DNA of 28,906 bases, taken from the sequence record KM389305.1; one strand, 5' to 3'. Numbering within the stretch: position 1 is the first letter of the stretch; each line of letters starts with the position of its first letter. Shown one piece after another: positions 1-8,530 of this stretch. The DNA is from Escherichia phage CBA6. A program made the position numbers and the translations under genes. Below the pieces are notes generated by a model. It saw only the letters and a program-made list of their open reading frames with translations, was not told the origin of the DNA and made no database searches.

Positions 1-275
1 CATCGACGTATTCGGTGTATTTCACACTGCTCGTGAACGTGATACGTTTTCACTCAATCGAAAATGTAACCACAGGGGAGCAGTATGAAAAATTTGATCG
101 AAAAGAGAAAACGTCGACCATGGCCAATTTTATGGGAACCAAAATCGACAAGGCCAATATCATCGTGTTTTCAGATACTCTGCATGATGCTAAGCGCCTT
201 TCCGCTGCCCATCAAATGTTAAAAGATAATCGCAGCTGCTTTACAAATTTGACTTTAGTAGTGTTTCTGGGCTAG
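1..275 (+). CDS. 3' end of a CDS that begins upstream of the window (hypothetical protein)
   Basis: Frame is open from the window edge to the TAG stop at 273-275; protein-like composition; no recognisable motif. Confidence 0.4.
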   Translation, partial: STYSVYFTLLVNVIRFHSIENVTTGEQYEKFDRKEKTSTMANFMGTKIDKANIIVFSDTLHDAKRLSAAHQMLKDNRSCFTNLTLVVFLG

Positions 276-286
276 ATAATTTGTAT

Positions 287-306
287 GGGGAGGAAACTCC
301 CCATTT
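287..306 (+). terminator. GC-rich stem-loop GGGGAG-GAAA-CTCCCC followed by ATTT; candidate intrinsic terminator or RNA processing hairpin
   Basis: Perfect 6-bp inverted repeat with GAAA tetraloop directly after the stop of the upstream CDS and about 20 nt before the next start. Confidence 0.45.
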
Positions 307-322
307 GAATCGGAGGTGATTT

Positions 323-514
323 ATGCTACGTTGCAAAAGAGGTTCCAACTCCTTTAAGTTGGGCATGCTGACTGGAGTAACGTTCATGATTGCTTTAGAC
401 AGCCTTGTGGGACTGCTTTCCCTTCCTGATTTTAGGATGGAACGATTCATATTGCTCGTTCTATTTGGCGGCGTCTCTATTATCTGTACCCTGAAAGCAT
501 ATAAAAAGATTTGA
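323..514 (+). CDS. small membrane protein (two predicted hydrophobic helices)
   Basis: SD-like GGAGGTGA 4 nt upstream of the ATG; hydrophobic stretches LGMLTGVTFMIALDSLVGLL and FILLVLFGGVSIICTL. Confidence 0.5.
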   Translation: MLRCKRGSNSFKLGMLTGVTFMIALDSLVGLLSLPDFRMERFILLVLFGGVSIICTLKAYKKI

Positions 515-587
515 CCTGATTACACACAGCAATTTTGATTTGAGACTCTATATCATGCTTATATTACTGAATGTTTCAAAGAAAGCG

Positions 588-1040
588 ATGACGCCTATAA
601 CTGAGGGTGTCAATCATTACAACATATACAGCCAAAGCCGGACTGATCTGGGAAAATTCCTATCGCATTTTACCCATCATCCAATTGAAACCTTGGACGG
701 ACACTTCGATTCTATCGAGGGATATTGGTATTGGATAAAATATCGCGATGATGCTCTTCGGCATCTGAGTGGTTATGAAGCCAAGAAGTATGGATTGGAT
801 TTGGGTAAAATACAAATCCCTCTCGTTGATTCAGATTCCCCCATATTGCGTTCTCGTATTATCGCGGCGACATCAGCCAAGTTGTTGTCTATGCCACCAA
901 GACTGCGATTCCAATTGGCTCACAGCCGACTTCCCCTTATTCATGCATATGAGCATCAGGGGAAATATAGTTTTCAATCTTCTATGGATTTTATAATCCA
1001 TCATATTAACCGCTTTCGCTTAGAAGGATATTTGAAATGA
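588..1040 (+). CDS. hypothetical protein, possible NADAR (YbiA/DUF1768)-like domain
   Basis: ORF 540-1040; start at the in-frame ATG 588 (MTPITEG) is an inference. N-terminal segment NIYSQS..LGKF..HF..PIETLDGHF..EGYW resembles the NADAR signature as recalled from memory. Confidence 0.4.
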   Translation: MTPITEGVNHYNIYSQSRTDLGKFLSHFTHHPIETLDGHFDSIEGYWYWIKYRDDALRHLSGYEAKKYGLDLGKIQIPLVDSDSPILRSRIIAATSAKLLSMPPRLRFQLAHSRLPLIHAYEHQGKYSFQSSMDFIIHHINRFRLEGYLK

Positions 1041-1615
1041 AATTTATTCGTCGCATCTTAGAAACATCTTATGAACTCAGCCAGAAAGAACCGAATCGCC
1101 CATCTGTATTTGTGTTCTGTAAACTTGTAGAAGAAACATGTGAACTATCGGACGTGTTCTACGAGATTGCTGCGTCGGAACCTTTGAATGGGGAAGTGGC
1201 GGATGTTATCATCTCGGCTCTGGATTTGTTGTATGTTACTGAATATCAGCATATCCAACAACATGGTTCCATGACAAAAGAAGAAATATTCGATTCTGTC
1301 ATTTATGCGTTGGCTCAGGCCAACCACACAACAAACTTATCAGAGCATACCTTGGAAGATTACTGGTTCTGTGGTGGTGTAGATCCGGTGGATAGGCAGT
1401 TGGCTAGGATCAATCATTACAAAGGCCGCATCACCCGACTTCTGAACCAGCCGCAGCGTTCAAATGACCAAATCTTCGATCTGATCAACGGTGTTATTCG
1501 TCACACGGCTAAACTGGCTTGTGACTGCAATGGCAATCTCAAGAGTACGATCCCTGACGTAGAACGCGCTGTTGAACACAAAGTACAGAAATGGCGCGGT
1601 AAATTTGGTCTATAA
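1037..1615 (+). CDS. all-alpha NTP pyrophosphohydrolase (MazG / dimeric dUTPase superfamily)
   Basis: ATGA start/stop overlap with the upstream gene; acidic helix motifs KLVEETCELSDVFYE and GEVADVIISALDL typical of MazG-like metal-binding EExxE...E..D helices. Confidence 0.45.
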   Translation: MKFIRRILETSYELSQKEPNRPSVFVFCKLVEETCELSDVFYEIAASEPLNGEVADVIISALDLLYVTEYQHIQQHGSMTKEEIFDSVIYALAQANHTTNLSEHTLEDYWFCGGVDPVDRQLARINHYKGRITRLLNQPQRSNDQIFDLINGVIRHTAKLACDCNGNLKSTIPDVERAVEHKVQKWRGKFGL

Positions 1616-1662
1616 GCCGACCCCATACATAATCTTGTGTTTACCATTGACGGGATAGGCCG

Positions 1663-3573
1663 ATGTCTAATATGATTGATATTGAACGAAAATACAAAAA
1701 GCTCACTCACATAGAGCATATCCTTCTTCGCCCAGAGCGTCATCTGGGCAGTATCCGTTCAGCCGTTGGAACGACTTGGATATATGATCCAATAAAAGAT
1801 CAAGTTATATTCAAGGATAATTTTGAATATTCTCCTGCATTGATTAAACAGTTTGATGAAATTATCACCAACTCTGTAGATCATAGCAAAACGCCAGAAG
1901 GTAAAAGCCTCACAGAAATCACCATTACCGTTTCTCCTATGAATGGTCAGATCATCGTGGCTGACAATGGGGGTATTCCGGTTGTTAAACACGGGGAGAC
2001 AAAGGAATGGCTCCCTGAGATGTTATTTGGCTCCCTCTATGCGGGTAGCAACTTCAACGACGACGATGAAGAATACAATAACAAAAAATCAGGTGGGCAG
2101 AACGGTGAAGGGGCTTCACTGGTCAACGTATTTTCAAAATGGTTCCGTGTCACGACAAATGACGGGAAGAAGTCTTACACTCAAACATTTGAAGACAATT
2201 TGAGCAAACGTTCTAATCCGGTGATCAGTAATTTGAATGCCCCTGGGACGTCTATCGCATGGATACCTGATTATGCGCGTCTGGGTGTCAAAGGTCTTGA
2301 TCAAAATAACTTGTTGATGATCTATCGCCGCGCATTTGAAGTGGCTGCTTGTAACCCGTGCCTGAAAGTCATTCTGAACGGGAAACAAATCCGTATCGAC
2401 CGCTTTGGCCATTTTGTGGATTACTTTTGCCAAGGTTCCTCTGTTGATGAAACAGAGGAGTGGTCTGTTGCTGTTGCTCCTTCGCAGGGGACGTTTGTTC
2501 ATGCATCATATGTGAACAGTATCGCCACCCATATCGGTGGTCCTCATGTGGATTACGTTGCTGATCAAATCGTGGCGGCTATTCGGCCTCAGCTGGAGAA
2601 GAAGTTCAAGACCGAACTGCGCCCAGCAATGATTAAGAACCATATGATGCTCTTCATTTCGGCGGATATCAACAATCCACGCTTTGATAGCCAAACCAAG
2701 GAGCGCATGACGACTCCTGTTAGCCAGTTTGGCACGACCTACAAGCCAAGCGAACGTCTGATTCGTAAGGCGCTGGAGTTTGTTGGTGCTGGTCTGTCTA
2801 AGGAACTAGCCTCCCTTCGTAACGATAAGGAAGACGAGGAGTTTGAGAAGGCCAAGAAGGATATCATCAAGCGGGACTATCGTGATATCGAAAAGTATCA
2901 CCCAGCCACCAAGCGTGGTGATCGCTCTAAGTGTATCCTGGTGCTGACCGAAGGTGATAGCGCCTCCAACCCCATCCTCAATGCTCGTAACACTGAGACC
3001 ATCGGGTTGTTCCCTCTACGTGGGAAGTCTATCAACTGTCGTAATGCTACCCGCAGCAAGATCATGGCGAACGAAGAGTTCAAGAACCTGTGTACGATAC
3101 ACGGTGGTGCAGTCCCTGGCCAGCCACTTGATACGAAGCGCTATCCGTTCACTTTAATCGCCACCGATGCGGACGATGACGGCATCCATATCCGTGGGCT
3201 TCTGATCAACTTGTATTGCACGTACTGGCCGGAATACGTCCGTCAGGGTAGGCTGAAGCTCCTGCGCACTCCTTTCCTTCGCCTGTGGGCGGGTAAGGAA
3301 ATGTATGAGTTCATGAACCAAGATGAATACAATGCATTCCTGAAGACCCCAGCGGCCAAGAAGATCACGAAGAAGAAATATCTGAAAGGGCTGGGTGGCA
3401 ACAGTACTGAAGATTTCAAACGTATTCTAAACAACCTTGATGCGTATACTACAACGGTCGTATTGGACGATGAGTATGAAACGGCGTTAAACAACGGATT
3501 CAGCGAAGCGGCATCTGATTACCGCAAGACCTGGTTCAGTGATGTCTGCCTGTTTGAATCTGAGGATGAATAA
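1663..3573 (+). CDS. gp39: DNA topoisomerase II large subunit (GyrB-like ATPase plus toprim), T4 gp39 and gp60 equivalents fused in one ORF
   Basis: 636 aa; GHKL-type motifs EIITNSVDHS and ADNGGIPV; toprim motifs LVLTEGDSASNP and IATDADDDGIHIRG. Confidence 0.9.
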   Translation: MSNMIDIERKYKKLTHIEHILLRPERHLGSIRSAVGTTWIYDPIKDQVIFKDNFEYSPALIKQFDEIITNSVDHSKTPEGKSLTEITITVSPMNGQIIVADNGGIPVVKHGETKEWLPEMLFGSLYAGSNFNDDDEEYNNKKSGGQNGEGASLVNVFSKWFRVTTNDGKKSYTQTFEDNLSKRSNPVISNLNAPGTSIAWIPDYARLGVKGLDQNNLLMIYRRAFEVAACNPCLKVILNGKQIRIDRFGHFVDYFCQGSSVDETEEWSVAVAPSQGTFVHASYVNSIATHIGGPHVDYVADQIVAAIRPQLEKKFKTELRPAMIKNHMMLFISADINNPRFDSQTKERMTTPVSQFGTTYKPSERLIRKALEFVGAGLSKELASLRNDKEDEEFEKAKKDIIKRDYRDIEKYHPATKRGDRSKCILVLTEGDSASNPILNARNTETIGLFPLRGKSINCRNATRSKIMANEEFKNLCTIHGGAVPGQPLDTKRYPFTLIATDADDDGIHIRGLLINLYCTYWPEYVRQGRLKLLRTPFLRLWAGKEMYEFMNQDEYNAFLKTPAAKKITKKKYLKGLGGNSTEDFKRILNNLDAYTTTVVLDDEYETALNNGFSEAASDYRKTWFSDVCLFESEDE

Positions 3574-3574
3574 G

Positions 3575-4906
3575 ATGGTTGCCAAGAGCATTACGGTCAG
3601 TCGGTTCGTCAATACCGACCATAAAGAGTTTTCAATTGTCAACAGTATCCGTCAGGTTCCTCAGATCATTGATAGCCTGAAGCCCAGCCAGCGGAAGATT
3701 CTTTTCGCCGCGCTGGAGTATGGGAAGGAAGAGATCGTAGATCGCCTGGGCATGTTTGCTGCAGCGCGTACCAACTACAAATCCGGCGGCGATAACATGG
3801 GCGGCACTATCATCAAGATGGCCCAGGCGTTCCCTGGCTCTAACAACATCCCTTACTTCGACCGAGATGGCCAGTTTGGTTCCATCATGTCTCCGGAAGC
3901 CAGCTCAGCCCGATACATATCCGTGTCGGTGTCTGAGGTGACACGCAAGATCTTCCGCAAGGAGGATGAAGGCATTCTCACCTATCACTATCTTGGTGAA
4001 GAGCGGTTGGAGCCTAAGTTCTTCCTCCCTGTCATTCCCATGTTCCTGGTGAACGGGATGCAGGGTATCGGCTCGGGGTACGCAGCTGACACCCCATGCC
4101 ACAGCATAGAGTCCGTTTTCGCCAGCCTGAGAGCACTTCTCCGTGGCGAAGACCCTACGGACTTAAAACCGTACTGGAATGGATATAAAGGAGAGACAGG
4201 CTATACTGAGGAAGGAAGAGCATACAGTCGCGGCATCTTCAAACGCATCAATGCTACAACCCTTCACATCACCGAGGTCCCAATTGGTTGGTTCGCTAAA
4301 TCGTATGAGACCAAAGTTCTGTTGCCGTTGTATAAGGCGGGTTTGCTCACTGAATACGCCAATGACACGACCGAAGACGGCTGGGACATTACTGTCGTGT
4401 TCAAACGTGGTGAATTGTCTAAGCTGGATGATGCACAAATCGAGCAGATGTTCAAACTATACTCTGCGAACAAACCCGTCTGGACGGCATGGGATGAAGA
4501 TGGTGTCATCCGACGTTATTCTGGGTGGAAGGAGATGCTGCTTTCCTTCTTCAACTATCGTTTGATCCGTTATGAAGACCGTCGTCAATACCTGTTAAAG
4601 GAGATGACTGATAAAATTCATCGCCTGAACAACCGTGCATTATTCATCAGTTGGGCTGTGGTTACGGATATGCGTCGCAGCATTACAGAACTGAAAGCGT
4701 TGTTTCAAACGGATTATCCAGATTTTGATGGTGATCTTGATGAATTATTCAAGATGTCTTTATCATCAATCACGTTAGACGCACGTGAACGATTGTTGAA
4801 TCAGATAAAGAATCTGGAAGAACAAAGAGAAGAATTAAATAACAAACAAGACATTGATCTCTACAATGATGATTTAGATGATCTTGAAAAGGCATTAAGC
4901 CTATAA
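3575..4906 (+). CDS. gp52: DNA topoisomerase II medium subunit (GyrA-like breakage-reunion subunit)
   Basis: ATG at 3575 two nt after the gp39 stop with GAGGATGA upstream; SSARYISVSVSEV is consistent with the active-site Tyr region; adjacency to gp39. Confidence 0.85.
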   Translation: MVAKSITVSRFVNTDHKEFSIVNSIRQVPQIIDSLKPSQRKILFAALEYGKEEIVDRLGMFAAARTNYKSGGDNMGGTIIKMAQAFPGSNNIPYFDRDGQFGSIMSPEASSARYISVSVSEVTRKIFRKEDEGILTYHYLGEERLEPKFFLPVIPMFLVNGMQGIGSGYAADTPCHSIESVFASLRALLRGEDPTDLKPYWNGYKGETGYTEEGRAYSRGIFKRINATTLHITEVPIGWFAKSYETKVLLPLYKAGLLTEYANDTTEDGWDITVVFKRGELSKLDDAQIEQMFKLYSANKPVWTAWDEDGVIRRYSGWKEMLLSFFNYRLIRYEDRRQYLLKEMTDKIHRLNNRALFISWAVVTDMRRSITELKALFQTDYPDFDGDLDELFKMSLSSITLDARERLLNQIKNLEEQREELNNKQDIDLYNDDLDDLEKALSL

Positions 4907-4910
4907 ATCT

Positions 4911-4928
4911 GGAGGGTGAATTCCCTCC
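4911..4928 (+). promoter_or_regulatory. GC-rich stem-loop GGAGGG-TGAATT-CCCTCC between gp52 and the next gene
   Basis: Perfect 6-bp inverted repeat 5 nt after the gp52 stop; not followed by a T-run; about 20 nt upstream of the ATG at 4949. Confidence 0.35.
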
Positions 4929-4948
4929 AAACCTGTGAGGGGTTCACC

Positions 4949-5227
4949 ATGTTTGTATATTTCCGCAGTCTCTCATTACTGGCATACGTCTATTGGCTGT
5001 TTGATATTCTGTGTCCTCGATTCATCAAAGAGGAAGTTGCCTTCGTAAATTACGAAGGACAAGAAGACGTGTGGATACCGTTGTGTGCCCTTTCTGACGT
5101 TACCGAATTGGATGATGTTGGTATGGTTGGGACCATGCGTTCTTTTAATCTGTTCGGGTTTGCCCTCTTCCCTAAATTAATTGGGGATTTACGCCCTTAT
5201 TTTCCTGATGAAGAAGTGGGGGCGTAA
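4949..5227 (+). CDS. hypothetical protein
   Basis: ORF 4916-5227; start at ATG 4949 (MFVYF) is preferred because GAGGGG lies 6 nt upstream and the earlier ATG sits in the hairpin. Confidence 0.4.
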   Translation: MFVYFRSLSLLAYVYWLFDILCPRFIKEEVAFVNYEGQEDVWIPLCALSDVTELDDVGMVGTMRSFNLFGFALFPKLIGDLRPYFPDEEVGA

Positions 5228-5282
5228 TATGTCAATGGAGATGGTTGATATCCCCGAACCTGAAATATGGATAGACTAGATT

Positions 5283-5696
5283 ATGAAATTACTCGGTTAT
5301 TTTCGTTCTTTACCCACTGGATCTCCTAATGGGGGCCAGTTATATTCTGAAGTCAAAGGGGATGTTGACGACACCCATATCGCCCTATATGCTCGGGATA
5401 TACCAGACCCAACTAAATTTGACCGCCGCGTAGTGGCCGCTGCCAACAGATATGGTGATGTCATCGTTGTAAGCGCCCGTCACCACGACAAATTAATGAA
5501 TGCGCAACTGAAACGATTGAAGGAAGCAGGTGTTATCGAAAACACCCGCACGCGTGAACAAGGGTTTATCGATAACTATGGGCAATGGATGTCTAGGGAA
5601 GAGGCGGCTATTGTAGCCCGTGAAGCTGGACAAACCAATCAAGTTCGTTTGAAGAACACTCCTTTCCGTGAACTCTTTTCCGAAGACCTCTATTGA
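5283..5696 (+). CDS. hypothetical protein (137 aa)
   Basis: Clean ORF with ordered-looking composition; conserved-looking blocks YGDVIVVSARHHD and QGFIDNYGQWMSREEAAIVAREAGQ; no family could be assigned. Confidence 0.5.
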   Translation: MKLLGYFRSLPTGSPNGGQLYSEVKGDVDDTHIALYARDIPDPTKFDRRVVAAANRYGDVIVVSARHHDKLMNAQLKRLKEAGVIENTRTREQGFIDNYGQWMSREEAAIVAREAGQTNQVRLKNTPFRELFSEDLY

Positions 5697-5744
5697 AGAA
5701 AATGGCGGTATAATTGCCGCCTAACCCCATATTGAGATAATACC

Positions 5745-5969
5745 ATGGCAAATGAAATTGGAGATATTGCCCAGTTCCGTGCTATTTCGCGACGCCTGAA
5801 ATCTTATGGACTCATCATAGAAGAAATAGATGAAGATGTCCAAGGCGTATTGGAAGGAATGTTTGGGAGTACAGTTGGAACTGAATTGTTTGAACTTTTA
5901 AAAATGGCGGCTGACAATCAATTCGTCGAATACATCTCTGAAAATGCTATTAATGGTCTGAATAAATGA
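5745..5969 (+). CDS. hypothetical small acidic protein
   Basis: 74-aa ORF; TATAAT-like hexamer at 5709-5714 upstream. Confidence 0.4.
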   Translation: MANEIGDIAQFRAISRRLKSYGLIIEEIDEDVQGVLEGMFGSTVGTELFELLKMAADNQFVEYISENAINGLNK

Positions 5970-6202
5970 ACGAATTATACGAATTTGAACGCGCATATGA
6001 ATCGGCTTCTGTTTCAGGATATATGCAACGTTTGTATCAAGAAATTTGCTTTCGTTTGATGTCGCGCGGGATATCTGTTAATCGTGTCATGTCACAACCA
6101 GACAGTTTTATTATTACACTCACCGACCATCGCCAGAATATGTGTATCATTCAGGTCAGTTGTGTCGACAACGAAATTATACAATGGAGACGTTACGCAT
6201 GA
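5966..6202 (+). CDS. hypothetical protein
   Basis: 78-aa ORF; start overlaps the upstream stop and its own stop overlaps the macro-domain start (ATGA), suggesting translational coupling. Confidence 0.4.
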   Translation: MNELYEFERAYESASVSGYMQRLYQEICFRLMSRGISVNRVMSQPDSFIITLTDHRQNMCIIQVSCVDNEIIQWRRYA

Positions 6203-6804
6203 CCACTTATATTATCACAAATGGCGATTTATTAAAAGCCGCCACGAGTTTCAATCTTATCAATGCCTTTGCTCACGGCGCAAATTGTTGGTCTGTAATG
6301 GGCGCGGGTATCGCCAATCACGTTCGATTGAATTTCCCAGAGATTTACCGCGCCGACCAATTAGATGAACGTGGTCCGGAACAGCGCTTGGGAAACATGT
6401 CCTATGCGTTTGATCATGACACTGGTGTCTGGGGATTCAATTTGTATACTCAATTTTACCCAGGTCCCAATGCTCGCATGCCATCTATCATTAGCTCAGT
6501 CCAGATCATGTTTGAACAAATTCATGATATCGTTGAAGCCAAAGCTGATGAAACTGTCTATGTTGGTTTGCCCGCCATCGGTTGTGGTATTGGTGGCTTG
6601 AATCTCACACATGTGGTGGGCCAGATTAACAAAATCGCCGAAACCATCTTTGAAGATACTCGCCGCCGCGTGGTCCCAGTATTCTATATTCGGGAAGGGG
6701 ATGGATTCGAAAAGGATTTACAAGAACTCTCTCAAATGATCGACTTTGGGATCTCGGTTGTTCCTAATGAAGAAGACGTCATCGAAGAGGAAAGCATCGG
6801 ATGA
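6199..6804 (+). CDS. macro-domain protein (ADP-ribose binding / ADP-ribosyl hydrolase family)
   Basis: Start at ATG 6199 in an ATGA overlap; motifs ITNGDLLKA, NAFAHGANCWSVMGAGIA and VYVGLPAIGCGIGG match the macro-domain signature. Confidence 0.55.
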   Translation: MTTYIITNGDLLKAATSFNLINAFAHGANCWSVMGAGIANHVRLNFPEIYRADQLDERGPEQRLGNMSYAFDHDTGVWGFNLYTQFYPGPNARMPSIISSVQIMFEQIHDIVEAKADETVYVGLPAIGCGIGGLNLTHVVGQINKIAETIFEDTRRRVVPVFYIREGDGFEKDLQELSQMIDFGISVVPNEEDVIEEESIG

Positions 6805-7145
6805 AATCTGAAGTGACGGAAGAAATGTTGGCTAAAGCCGTTCTTCATCCCAAGGTACGGTTTGCATTTTTGCCCACTCGTCTACATGACGGTAATTGGG
6901 TGTGGTTGGAGCATTATGTTCGCGCTCCTATCGGTCTCTACGCCCAACTGCGTTACGGTGGCGAAGTAGAATTGAAACAATATCGCGTCGGTGGAGGGAT
7001 GGGTGGTTTTGATGATGGTGAATATTTTCCTCATCGCAATTTCGCCATGAACGATAATTCATATTTCAGAGTTGAATATGCCACCGCTTGTGGGACATAT
7101 CCTTTGAAACTTCTTTTAGAGAAAGCGGGGGAAACCGATGTATAA
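6801..7145 (+). CDS. hypothetical protein
   Basis: 114-aa ORF coupled to the macro-domain gene by an ATGA overlap. Confidence 0.45.
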   Translation: MKSEVTEEMLAKAVLHPKVRFAFLPTRLHDGNWVWLEHYVRAPIGLYAQLRYGGEVELKQYRVGGGMGGFDDGEYFPHRNFAMNDNSYFRVEYATACGTYPLKLLLEKAGETDV

Positions 7146-7770
7146 ATCTAATTTCTTGGCTGTCGCCGATAGCGAGACTCTGGGGCGCTGGGACGATGCT
7201 ATTATGTTATCCTGGGCGCATACTATCGCCGACCTGACCAAACGCTACACTCTTCAGCAACTCGTTGAAGAGCGAACGACGTTCATAAAGTTGGATGTCA
7301 AAGAGCAGACTAAACTTGGCCGCGTCAAGGATCAGGGGACTGTTGAATGGTGGTTAGGTACGGGTAAGCGAAACCCGTGTGATGCTGCTCGCGCTGTCAG
7401 CCTGTACCCGACCGATCAGGACACCTCTATCTTCCAGCTGGCCGATGAAATCCGCAAAGGTTGTCATCGTCTTGGGATAGACCCGCGCTCGGTTGACTGG
7501 TGTGACCGAAACTTGTTTGATCTCCGCAAGGCCCAACATATCATTGAGGTGACATGTAAGCAGGACTCCAACGAGCCTTGGGATTACCATCACACCTTCG
7601 ACATCGTGAGCTGGCTGAAAGGCGTTGGGCAACAGGATCGTTATGCTGGTATCAAGGCTTGGGAACTGGAAGGCATGGTCTATCATGATCCTCGTTATGA
7701 CGCTGCTCTTGATTGGCTTCGTATTCAGAAGACCATGGAAGACCTGATGGGGCTAAAGGTAGAAGAATGA
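7138..7770 (+). CDS. dexA: DEDD-type 3'-5' exonuclease, DexA-like
   Basis: N-terminal LAVADSETLG (exo motif I), TVEWW, DPRSVDWCDRNLFD and HDPRYDAALD (H-x4-D) agree with T4 DexA as recalled from memory. Confidence 0.55.
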   Translation: MYKSNFLAVADSETLGRWDDAIMLSWAHTIADLTKRYTLQQLVEERTTFIKLDVKEQTKLGRVKDQGTVEWWLGTGKRNPCDAARAVSLYPTDQDTSIFQLADEIRKGCHRLGIDPRSVDWCDRNLFDLRKAQHIIEVTCKQDSNEPWDYHHTFDIVSWLKGVGQQDRYAGIKAWELEGMVYHDPRYDAALDWLRIQKTMEDLMGLKVEE

Positions 7771-7844
7771 AACTTTCTATCTTCTCCTGGGTATTCACGA
7801 TCACGACGTTCATCATAGTGTGTGTTCAATATTGGGGGTTATAA

Positions 7845-8135
7845 ATGTTCTTTGAAATTGTCGGGGTGATTACAACATGCGTCTTCGTCATTATAACTCT
7901 GAGTGTTGTGTATTATTCGTTTATTCATCCAATTTTTCAAGCCATTAGTATCGCACGTTGGCTTACAGCTTGCTCCTTGGCAACCGGAAATAAACCACCC
8001 ACCCTAAAGGAAAGATGGAGTTTCTTCAAATGGGGGTACGAAATCGGTGGAGTTAGGACAACCCGCTACTCCAACAATATTGGAGAATGGTATGGAATAG
8101 GCCGATGGAACCTTTTCAAATCTGATGAAGAATAA
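7845..8135 (+). CDS. small membrane protein
   Basis: GGGGG SD before the ATG; N-terminal hydrophobic segment VGVITTCVFVIITLSVVYY. Confidence 0.45.
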   Translation: MFFEIVGVITTCVFVIITLSVVYYSFIHPIFQAISIARWLTACSLATGNKPPTLKERWSFFKWGYEIGGVRTTRYSNNIGEWYGIGRWNLFKSDEE

Positions 8136-8155
8136 GCCCCGAAAGGGGCTTTTCT
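8135..8155 (+). terminator. rho-independent terminator
   Basis: AGCCCC-GAAA-GGGGCT stem-loop followed by TTTTCT immediately after the stop at 8133-8135. Confidence 0.65.
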
Positions 8156-8196
8156 ATATCTTGACTAAAGTATCATTGTTTAACCAACAAACATAG

Positions 8197-8216
8197 GGGG
8201 TTTCCGATGAAACCCC
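8197..8216 (+). promoter_or_regulatory. hairpin sequestering the SD and start codon of the first gene of the 8207-10785 cassette
   Basis: GGGGTTTC-CGAT-GAAACCCC: perfect 8-bp stem whose left arm is the GGGG Shine-Dalgarno and whose loop and right arm contain the ATG at 8207. Confidence 0.45.
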
Positions 8217-8530
8217 GTCACTCGGACAATAGGATGAAAGAACAAGAAATCATTCAGCACTGTATCAGACTGGGAACATTAAAACCCCTATATCAGGCTT
8301 TGCGTTTTAATGCTATTAAGTTCAAGCCATTATCGAGAACTATTGCGACATTCTTTGCCATGCGTTCTGTTGGAAAAACGATTTTCTTTGAGCATGACAT
8401 TTATTTTTATACAAAGATTAATGGCGAAGATTTAGATAAAATGATTTTCGTGAACGACGACAAAAATATGAAGATAAAGGTGGAAAACGAATTGCGTAGA
8501 ATCAATGACTCTTTGAGGGGAATAATTTAA
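8207..8530 (+). CDS. hypothetical protein (first gene of cassette)
   Basis: 107-aa ORF with SD GGGGG; no recognisable motif. Confidence 0.45.
   Translation: MKPRHSDNRMKEQEIIQHCIRLGTLKPLYQALRFNAIKFKPLSRTIATFFAMRSVGKTIFFEHDIYFYTKINGEDLDKMIFVNDDKNMKIKVENELRRINDSLRGII

Noticed and set aside
540-587. TTG-initiated N-terminal extension of the 540-1040 ORF
   Set aside because: The in-frame ATG at 588 gives a more plausible start; the extension has no SD. The start remains uncertain
2134-2502. Minus-strand ORF of 122 aa inside the topoisomerase large-subunit gene
   Set aside because: Lies entirely within a high-confidence plus-strand CDS; typical shadow ORF with no start signal
1663-3573. T4-style gene 60 translational bypass element or intron in the topoisomerase gene
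   Set aside because: The reading frame is continuous through the ATPase and toprim motifs; no interruption needed
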